Positions 24,149-34,454 of a stretch of 34,454 bases of DNA are shown piece after piece; positions within the stretch are counted from its first letter, which is position 1; each line of letters starts with the position of its first letter. A model generated the notes under the pieces. The model was given only the letters and a program-made list of their open reading frames with translations. It did not search any database and was not told the origin of the DNA. Both the position numbers and the translations under genes were made by a program. The stretch comes from Octopus sinensis (Eukaryota), in assembly GCF_006345805.1 (NCBI RefSeq), contig NW_021829902.1, positions 1 to 34,454 on the forward strand, written 5' to 3'.

Positions 24149-24994
24149 CATAGATAAGGGCAAACGAATAATGGAATTTTTAAGAAATTTCTGTCCACCT
24201 TTTTTCGAGTAGCGTGCGTATTGTGAAAAAATTATATGGTTAATGGACAATATGTCCAATTTTTCGGCATTTTCATTTTTCATTTTATCTAGTTTCAGCT
24301 CACGAGCTGTGGCCATGCTGGGGCACCGCCATTTGGACATATTTGGCATTAGAAAATTTTTCGTTTGCCCTTATCTATGAACTGTTTAGAAATTTAACCT
24401 TTAAAGATATTTTTTAATATGCTGGCCATTGATAAAATTTTTTTGGGAAAAAATTTTTTTCCGAAAAAAGTTTTATCCTACATTAGATATATATATATAT
24501 ATATATATATATGCATATGTATGTATATGTCTGTGTACATCTGTGTATGCGTGTTTGTGGGTAAGTAAATTCTTTAGCATAACGTCTAACGGCGCTTCGT
24601 TGTATCCATGTAAAATACCCTTGACTCTTGTTTGACCTCGCAAGAGTTAAACTATCAAAAGATTACTATCCAAATATGTATTAGAATGATATAATTGACC
24701 AGTGTTTCGTATGTTTACAATCCGGATCCAAATCCTACCAGGGATTAGATTATGAAAACACTCCTTGTACTGTGAACAAAGCTAACCAGTCATAAATAAT
24801 TATATCTGATTAGAAAAGTTAAACAACATGATACTATTTATCACGAATGCATGACGTATCTACATACGTCCCTCGATTTTTATTGGAGGGAAAATGGGAT
24901 GTCAGAACTGGAGATAAAACAAATGTTGATTTATATTTTGTTTGATTTCACGCGGTTTAGTGAATTGAAACATTTGTTAATTAAGGAAAGGTAA

Positions 24995-25165
24995 AACGGG
25001 CTGTGAGGTTAAGAAATACGCTTCAAAATGGTAAAGTCTTGGGTTCGCGCTCACTGCGCGGCACCGTAGGAAAGAAAATTGCTACTCCCCAATGCTCTGG
25101 ATTTACTAATGTCTTATAGTTCAAACTTGGTGGATGGAAACTGAGCGGAAACCTGTTTCATGTAT
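24995..25165 (+). mobile_element. Decayed composite-SINE head
   Basis: GGCTGTGAGGTTAAGAA...GGGTTCGCGCTCACTGCGCGGCACC...GGATGGAAACTGAG. Confidence 0.5.
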
Positions 25166-25328
25166 GTGGGGGTAAAGTAAGAGAGAGAGAGAGAGAGAAA
25201 GAAAGAAAGAAAGAAAGATAGAGAGAGAGACACACACAGATAATGAGAAACAGACAGACAAACAGAAAGTGTGTGTTTGGGTGTGTAATGCAAATATAAT
25301 ACATAGATACATATAGCTAGCTTGCTAG

Positions 25329-25360
<32 letters not shown>

Positions 25361-25742
25361 ATATATATATAGATAGATAGATATGTTTCTTTATTAGCCA
25401 CACAGGGCTGCACACAGATAGAACAATTACAAGGTAGAGCTTTTTCTTTTGGGGTTAAAAAAAAAGGAGAGTGGTGTTTTTCGATCAAAGGGATCGTAAA
25501 AGGAAAGAAAAGGAAAAAACAAAAAAAGGGGAGGGGTTAAAAAGGGGGGGGGAGAAAAAAAATGAAACTAGGGATCGTATCACAGAAATGTCAATATGAA
25601 GTGTAAAGGGGAGGACAGGTGAGGTTTACCCGTGGAAAGAAAGCCTACGGAAAAGACCACGGTAACCTCGGTCAATGAAGTCACATGTTATATTCTTTTT
25701 TTTTTTTGCAAATAAGCAACTCTCTGTATTAATTTTTATGGT

Positions 25743-28700
25743 TCATAGAATCATAGTCAAGGTGGCTTCGTCATTCATACGTGCCATCCTTGCTACATTC
25801 ACCCATCTTTTTTTAAAACATTCACTAGACAAAACTTGCCTCTCTACTCTCACTTTCCTCTTCAAGTGATACTTGAAGAAGTTGATGAGAGATTGACCAG
25901 AGAGGAAAGTGTTTGTCTCTAATCCTTTCAGGCGCGTCCACCAGATACATTCTTTCGCCATAGCCACAAGTATGATAAAAATAGCTCTTCCTTCCCGTTT
26001 GAAGGAAGGAGGCGTGACGATATTAACGATAGACTCGGCTGATAAACCGACACGTCCCACACGTGACAGCAGTCGTTCGACATAAGCCCACAGGTCGGAA
26101 ATTGCTGGACACTGCACGATTGCGTGCAGAGCGGTTTCGTCGCTCTGACCGCATCTCGGGCAGGTCGGCCCCGTGTTTCTCGAGCCATGCCTATAGAGCT
26201 TATCCCGAACGGGTAGCGCTTCTCGGTAGCACCGCCAGGCCAGGGATCTCTGGAAGTTGTCCATAGGTCCCGGCCGAAAGTCGTTTGAAACAGGCGGGTC
26301 AGGTATTCCTCGTCGACGCCCAGGTTTGCCCCGAGCTCGTCGTCGTACCTCCCCTCCACTAATCCCCTATAGAATGCTTTGGTTGTGTTGAAGTCACTCA
26401 AGGTCGACCCGGGACGGCAGAGTTGCTTGAGAGCAACGCGACACTCGCGGTGCCATTCGCCCTTCTCGGCCTCTTTTTGATCCACGACTGTAGTTCGGTC
26501 ATGGAGACGAGTTGCGGGAATGCGTGCCTCACAAACGGCGACCACACCTGTTCACCGTCGTCTACATAGAGCCGGAGATGTCGCAGTCTCAGCGCGTGTC
26601 TGCGCATCATCAACCACGGCATGCCCAGCCCTCCTTTTAACGGGTGTTGACAGCAAATGGATCGCCTGACCATCGGGATCCTTTCCACAAGAAGCGGAAG
26701 AGGATGCGTTCTAGTTTGGTGATGGTAGGGTCGGGACAAGGTACGACGGTCAGGCGGTAGTAGATGATGGACGCGATGTACGCGTTCACCACCTCCGCCC
26801 GACCTTTTAGGGACAGTTTCCTCTCGGCCCATTGCTGGGCGAGAGTGACCACCCTACTCGTTATCTCGTTCCAGTTCTTCTCCATTTGGAGGTCCGGACC
26901 GAACCAGACCCCGAGCAACTCAACCGGGCCGTCTGTCCAGCGTCCCACGACGGAGGTACTGGTGGACGGCATGGGCTTGCTTCTCCAGGTGCCGAGCCGC
27001 AAGCCCACTGACTTTTCCCGGTTGATTTTTGCTCCTGTCACCGCTTCGTAGTCTTTCAGTGTCTCGCCGACCCGCTCGATGTGCTCGTGGCTTGACACTA
27101 TGACGGTGACGTCGTCCGCGTATGCAGACACGCTCGTCCCGCATCCTAATTCTCGCGGGATGCCCCTCAGAGTCGCCAGCTTCCGCAGTAGTGGCTCAAG
27201 AGTCAATACGTATAGAAGCGCCGAGAGGGGGCATCCCTGACGGACCGAACGTGCAATGTCGAAGGGTCTCGATAGATGTCCATTTACGCGAATTACCGAA
27301 CGGATGCCTCTGTACAAGGCAGCTATCCAGCCGCGGAAGACGGGACCGAAACCAGCCGCTCTCAGGACTGCCTCCAAGTATCGATGGTCTACCCTATCAA
27401 AGGCTTTCGATTGATCCAAGTTGATCAGGGCCCCACCCATGCCAGGTTCGTTAACTACCCTGTCTATGATGTAGCGCATCAGATGGAGGTTGTCATGGAT
27501 GCTCCGGCCCGGCACGGCGCACGTTGTGCGTTGTCGACCAGTTTCTCCATGACAAGCGCCAACCTCTTGGCTAACACCTTTGTCAAAATTTTCAGGTCTG
27601 CATTGAGCAGAGTGATTGGCCTAAAGTTATCTATAATGTTTCCCTTGTTTGGATCTTTCTTCAGCAGAGTTACAGCTCCTCGACTCACAAAACCGGGTAT
27701 GCTCCCGTTTTGCTGCCAGTTGCAGTATACCGCTGCCAAGACGTCTCCAAACAGTCTGGCATACAATAGTAAAATTCGTAGGGTAGACCATCCAAACCCG
27801 GTGATTTGTCCCTCGAGCATTCTGCCATCGCTTCCCGCACTTCCGCCGCCGTGATGGCACCTTCGCAGCACCCTGCCTTTCTTGTCGAGAGTCGTGGCAG
27901 GCTATGTAGGTAGGCACTGAAGTCTACCCTACGTTCTTGCCCTCCACTCGTCCCGAACAGTCGGGCAAAATGCTGCTGAAAGGCCTCACACATTTTACTT
28001 GGCTCGAGCAATTCGCGCCCCTGTTCATCTACCAGTGACCGAATGGTGGCTTTGTTGCCCTGTTGCGCCTCTGCCACCCGGGCCTCTCTCGCGGCTCCAA
28101 CACCTTCGTTCCTTAGAGCACGCATCCTAGCTCTGACAGCACATCCTTCGTGTTTGGCGTTGAAGTGTTGGTCGAGGGCCAACCTCGCCGCCAAAACGTC
28201 GGATGCGATGCCGCTTCTAATTGCCTCTTCTAGCTTCTTAACTAGCTCACCCTCTACTCTATTTCTATCTATGGCTAGTGCTTTGCTGTACCTAATCGCT
28301 TCTGCTTTTACTGCTTTTACTGCTTTTACTGCTTTTACTGAGGGCAAACCACCATTTGTTGTTGATGATGGCTCCCGTCAAAGCCCTCTTTACTAGTGTG
28401 CTAATCCGGTCTCTGAAAACTTGTCTGGACGGGAATGATGCGTTCAGTTTCCAGTACCCAGGACCCTGTCTATGTGCCTTATCTAAGTCTAGCGTACACG
28501 TCACCAATTTGTGATCCGTGTAGCTGACTGTGTGGAATTGTGGACATCCTAAGTTATCCTTGTCTACTGTCCTACACAGTATCCTATCTAGATACGATCT
28601 CGACGACCCACTGCGGTTGCTCCATGTCCACGTTGGTGCATTTGGGTGGTCGAGTCGGTACCTGTCAGACAGTTGGAATCGTCTGAGCAGGTCTCTGAGG

Positions 28701-29191
28701 CATTTGCATCCCCTTCTTTTTCTGTCTCTACCCACGTAGTCTACATGCGTGTCCAAGGTAGCATTCCAATCCCCCACTAAGAGTAAAGGACGAGACGTTC
28801 CCAAGAATACTTCTAGACGTCGAAAGAAATCCGCCCGACCTGTTAAGGGCGGTGCGTAGACTGATACGAGTCGAAAAGCGCACCCATTGCTGCCGTCAAC
28901 ATCCAGAACGATCAGTCTACCCTCCGGGTCTACGAATATCGTCTTGACTTCGAGATCCAGGCTCTTGTGAAAAAGTACCGCGGTGCCACTACCGCCCATC
29001 CTCGGCAGACAGGGAGCGAAATAAATGTTAAACTGTCCGCCAAACATGGACTTTAGGGCCCGTGGCTCGTGGAGTCTGGTCTCACTTATGGCTATGATTC
29101 CCAAATCATGTGACTTGATGTCATTTAGGAGGTATCCTTGTTTCCAAGGAGACCCCAAGCCACGCGCATTCACACAACCAATCTTGACCAT
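25743..29191 (-). pseudogene. ORF2: AP endonuclease + reverse transcriptase + C-terminal CCHC zinc finger, 6 frameshifts, no in-frame stops
   Basis: APE motifs GCVNARGL, IAISET, LLLVGDWN, SYLDRIL and TDHKLV. RT motifs PGLDGLPYEFY, NFRPITLLNADLKIL, LDQSKAFDRV, VRQGCPLS and AYADD. Zinc finger CPRCG..DETALHAIVQC. Confidence 0.95.
28302..28340. repeat. (CTGCTTTTA)4 9-bp tandem inside ORF2
   Basis: Four exact units plus CTG; encodes (VKA)4 on the minus strand. Confidence 0.95.
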
Positions 29192-29241
29192 GATTCTATT
29201 GGGGTGTGTGCTTTAAAACACACAAATGAAAGTACAGAGAG

Positions 29242-30950
29242 TTACTTACTTGTGTCGAAAGTTTTGGCTTCCTCGTTCTTTGATGTGTCTTCGAGGAGGT
29301 TTCTATATAGTTTTTGGGACAGATATTTCTGGAAACCCCCTACAGCATTTGGGAAGAGGGCTTTGAGTTTGTGGTGTTGTGTTTGTGTGATGTGTAGTAT
29401 TTTGATGTGTTTGGGTGGTGTAGTGCGTGGATGATTGCTATTTTTAAAGTCATCTTCACAAATGTTTGTATCCTGTGATGTACTCCATTAGTTTGGAGTC
29501 TTTTGTGTCTATCGCTGATAGCATTGTTTTTGTGGTGGTTGCTGCTTGTTTTGTTGTGTATGGAGTTTTCAGGGTTCAGGTATCTCCCTGCTTTGGTTGC
29601 GATTTCTTGTTTGGTTTTTTGATCTTTTTCTTTTACCCCTGTGGCTATTTGCCATTCTGTCGAACTTTCATCGTTAGATGAAAAGTCTGACGAATCAGCA
29701 GGGGGCAAGGGTAAAGCGTCTGGGTGTGTTTGTGCGGTTGTAGATATTGTTGTGGTGCGCGGGGAGGGTGTTGCTGGGGGGTTTGTTGTGGTTATTGTCT
29801 CTCCTACATCCTTGGTGCTTGTCTTCTTCGTTGTTATTCTTGGTGTTGGAATTGGTTTATTTGTTGTTGGTGGTGATGATTCTGTTCTTGGCGCTGGTGT
29901 TGGTGTTGTTTGGTTGGGTTGGCTTGTTCTTTGTTGTTTTTCCTGCATTTCCGCATACAGCTTCTTGACTAGCTGTCCATATTGTGGTGTGGGCAATAAT
30001 CCTGGCTTTTGTGATTTTTCCTGTGGCTGTTGTTGTTGTTGTAATTTTGCGGCAGATTTGCACTCCTTTTTGAGGTGTGCCTCACTGCCACATGTATAGC
30101 ATCGTGGCCTTCTGCCCTCGACTACTACGTATAACTTGCGGCCATCCTCAAGATGTACGTGGGTGGGGATTTTATTTATGTCCTCTTGACTTATGTGGAA
30201 GAGGAACTCTATTCTCTTTCCCAGCCAGTCCTTGTTTTCCGAAACACCGATATCTAGGATGTTTAAGTCCTCCATTTCGGATGTTAAGGCGGATGTATCC
30301 ACAGTGTTGTAGTCACTTGGGGGACACCACTGATAATGACTTTCGTCACCTTCTGGCCGAGGTAACTCGGTGTCAACGTTAGTTCATCAGAATGAAGGGT
30401 TATCGTTGAGAATTTCTTCGCCAACTCTTCATTCTGAAAAACCACCTGTACGTGTGCGAACTTGTTCGCCCAAGTCACACAATCCTTGTATCCCCAGATG
30501 GGGCGTAAGCACTTTTCGACTTTGTCTGTGCTTGCCTTTTCTGGACTTTTTGTTTTTTTATTTGTGATTTTATATACAATTGTCTTTTTTTTCTCCTCAT
30601 TCAGTATGTGCTGAGGTATGTGTAAGAGTATTTTTCCGTTTTGATTTGTAATAAGGTTTCTGCAATCTTTAATCTGTTGTGTAGTAAACGAAACTTTTGT
30701 TACCTTTTCTTTTATCGCCTCGGCGAAGTTTGTTGTTGTTACTGCCGGTGGTGTTGGTGTTGATGGCAGGGGTGTGGGTTGTAGGTTTGTGGTTGCTGAT
30801 TATGCAACTAGCAAGGGGTGGAAAATTGCCTGCGTAATTTAGTCCTGCATTAGCGCAAATTTCGGCATTTCGTTTGCTTGTCGTCGTTATTTTTTCACTT
30901 GTTGGTGATGGAGTGAGCAGTGGTTGAAGGGAATTGTGTTTTCGTCGTCG

Positions 30951-30982
<32 letters not shown>

Positions 30983-31339
30983 ATTGTCGTTCTTGGTGAC
31001 GGCGGTGGTGTTAGTAGTATTAGTAGCATTGACGGCACGGTCTTTGGTGGCGGTGATGGTGATGTTGGTATTGTTATTGGTGGCGATGTCTTTAGTAGGG
31101 ATAGCAGTTTTAGTAGCAGATTCTGCCATGGTGTTGTTGTCGGTGTTGGTGGTGGTGGTGACTCACTGATGGTGTTGACGGTGCTTGGCCTTGCGACCTT
31201 TGTTTTGTATTTGTTGCTGTTGTCGATGTTGATGGTGGTGGAGGTTGTCAGGTTCAGCGTATGCTAACAGAGCATCCTGTTTTTCTGCCTCTGCGTCACG
31301 CTTGACTTGCACCTCAGCCTCGTGGTGACCAGTGGCCAT
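29242..31339 (-). pseudogene. ORF1 (gag-like: low-complexity N-terminus, RRM-like region, CCHC knuckle, Pro/Thr linker, C-terminal domain), frameshifted
   Basis: AHVQVVFQNEELAKKF...KVTKVIISGVP; VVVEGRRPRCYTCGSEAHLKKEC (C-x2-C-x4-H-x4-C). Stop at 29242-29244 inferred by joining frames. The ATG at 31339 is tentative. Confidence 0.75.
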
Positions 31340-31566
31340 TTTGGAAATAAAATGGCTAAATGAAACCACGAAGGCTATGAGAATTTTTTCTTTTTAAATT
31401 TTGCCCACAGGGGCAAAATTTTTGTAGATATTTATCAAAGGTTTGCAGTGGATGTTGTTGCACAACTTTTAACAACAAAATATTTGTCAATATACACTTT
31501 TGAACGTACAAAAATACCAACTTACGTGGAGCCCATTTGACTTGCGTCCGTCTGTCAGAGAGATAG

Positions 31567-31703
31567 TAAGATAGATAGATAGATAGATAGTAGATAGATA
31601 GATAGATAGATAGGTAAGTAGGTAGGTAGGTAGGTAGGTAGGTAGATAGATAGATAGGTAGATAGATAGGTAGATATATAGACAGACAGACAGACAGACA
31701 GAC

Positions 31704-31779
<76 letters not shown>
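31567..31779. repeat. Compound (GATA)n(GGTA)n(GACA)n microsatellite
   Basis: Direct tandem repeats abutting the LINE 5' end. Confidence 0.95.
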
Positions 31780-32507
31780 GCATAAATGCGTATGGTTTCT
31801 TTTGGGAATCAGAGAATCTCGATAAAGCTATAAATAATATTTAAAGCTTTATCTGATTCGCGATTCACCTTCCAAAACTGAATTGCCTCACGTTCTCTCG
31901 AAGTTTCTAAATTCTTATATGCCATCAGCTTATATTTATATACATGTGTGTGTGTGTGTGTGGTGTGTGTGTGTGTGGTGTGTGTGTGTATTTATCTTTG
32001 TATGTATGGCTCGCGTGTCTATTATAGTGTATTGGAAACCTTCAATCGTGTTGGCTCACCTCCTGCCCATGTTTTCTTTAAAACGGAAAACTTCAAAATC
32101 AAATATTGTTGTTTTTTGTTCACAGTAATCACCTTGCAGTTATATAAGTTAACATCAGTCACATCAATCACAACAATCTGATCGATCTTGAGAGGTCATA
32201 TGCACAGTTCCTGCCTGCTGACCGAAAACCATCAAAATATATGTTTGTGGTTCCACGCCTGTGGCTGGAATCATAGGAGTTATTACAGACATATTAGAGT
32301 TCAGTATGTCATTGTTTTCTAATTTCAAATAAAGTGATTTTTCTTTTTTACTGCGATATCTTGCGTAAAGAAGACGAAAAACAAATAAACAATAAAACAC
32401 ACACGATGGTATACATACATACATACGTACACACACACAAACATACATACATACATACATACATACATACATACACACAAACATACATACAAATATACAT
32501 ACATATA

Positions 32508-32700
32508 CTCTTTTATTTGTTTCAGTCATTTGACTGCAGCCATGCTGGAACACCGCCTTTGGTCGAGCAAATCGACCCCAGGACTTATTCTTTGTAAGCC
32601 TAGTACGTATTCTATCGTACTCTTTTGCCGAACCGCTAGGTTACGGGGACGTAAACACACTAGCATCGGTTGTCAAGCGATGTTGGGGGGACAAACACAG

Positions 32701-32735
<35 letters not shown>

Positions 32736-32906
32736 CATATATACGACGGGCTTCTTACAGTTTCTGTCTACCAAATCCAATCACAATGCTTTGGTCGGCC
32801 CGAGGCTATAGTAGAAGACACTTGCACAAGGTGTCACGCAGTGGGACTGAACCCGGAACCATGTGGTTAGTAAGGAAGCTACTTACAACACAGCCACTCA
32901 TACGCC
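32508..32906 (-). mobile_element. Composite SINE, full length and well conserved
   Basis: Minus strand GGCGTATGAGTGGCTGTGTTGTAAG...GGTTCCGGGTTCAGTCCCACTGC...AGCCCGTCGT, (TA)(TG)n, then GGCGGTGTTCCAGCATGGCTGCAG...CTGAAACAAATAAAAGA. Confidence 0.9.
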
Positions 32907-32917
32907 TGAGATATATA

Positions 32918-34036
<1,119 letters not shown>

Positions 34037-34045
34037 ATACATATA

Positions 34046-34101
34046 TGGATGGATGGGTGGATGGATGGATGGATGGATGGATGGATGGATGGATGGATGG
34101 A
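34046..34101. repeat. (GATG)n microsatellite
   Basis: Direct tandem repeat. Confidence 0.9.
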
Positions 34102-34454
34102 CGTTCTCTTCCGTTTTTAATTAGTTGAATTCTTCTCCTGAGGAAAGAGCTGGCTTTTAATAACTGCTGACCTTGCTCGAAAATTTGAAACCATTATTTA
34201 TTTGCGTTATCAAAAACATTCATTTATTCTGAGATGTTCTTACAGTGCGTCTTACTTTTTTTATCACAAATTGCCACAAACGAGATCAGTTGTTCTTAAA
34301 CTTTGGATCGGAAATACGAGACAAGTAATCAAAAATTCGTTCTCCTTAGAACTTTTCTTGTGATCAGCACCATAATTCCTACAGACGATTATGAAGATAT
34401 CGCTGAGCTCATCAACTTGAATCGAGAACAAAATATCCAATTTAGTAGTTCTTT

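Larger units (their letters stand above)
25381..31560 (-). mobile_element. L1/Tx1-clade non-LTR retrotransposon, apparently full length
   Basis: ORF1 (RRM-like region + CCHC knuckle), 50-bp spacer, ORF2 (APE-RT-CCHC), ~360-bp 3' UTR and AATAAA at 25390-25395 followed by (ATCT)3(TA)n. The 5' boundary is inferred from the start of the GATA array. Confidence 0.93.

Noticed and set aside
29196-29249. GTAAGT...AAAG/ATAG as an intron fusing ORF1 to ORF2
   Set aside because: The 39- or 54-nt introns are very short, and neither puts ORF1 in frame with ORF2.
26063-30567. Plus-strand and alternative-frame ORFs overlapping the LINE
   Set aside because: Antisense or shadow frames of GC-richer or low-complexity coding sequence, with no motifs.

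Overview
AT-rich eukaryotic, essentially non-genic DNA: microsatellites plus transposable elements. The tRNA-derived SINE families look like octopus (coleoid cephalopod) repeats; this is recalled from memory, not from a search. No host protein-coding gene is supported. Main contents: (1) a ~6.2-kb L1/Tx1-clade LINE on the minus strand (25381-~31560) whose ORF2 has frameshifts but no in-frame stops; (2) a Penelope-like GIY-YIG 3' fragment; (3) three mariner copies, one Tc1/maT remnant and many SINEs. The most notable signal is a set of type I hammerhead ribozyme (HHR) motifs not explained by the ORF track. One has a compensated U3:A8 core inside a ~356-bp monomer present as a head-to-tail >1-mer plus an inverted copy (8137-8934), resembling a retrozyme or Penelope pLTR. 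A second has an A3:U8 core in the Penelope 3' UTR (13185-13217). A third is a canonical-core extended HHR (33656-33730) nested in a SINE microsatellite, and there is a decayed one at 2896-2935. All folds were made by eye and none was tested.
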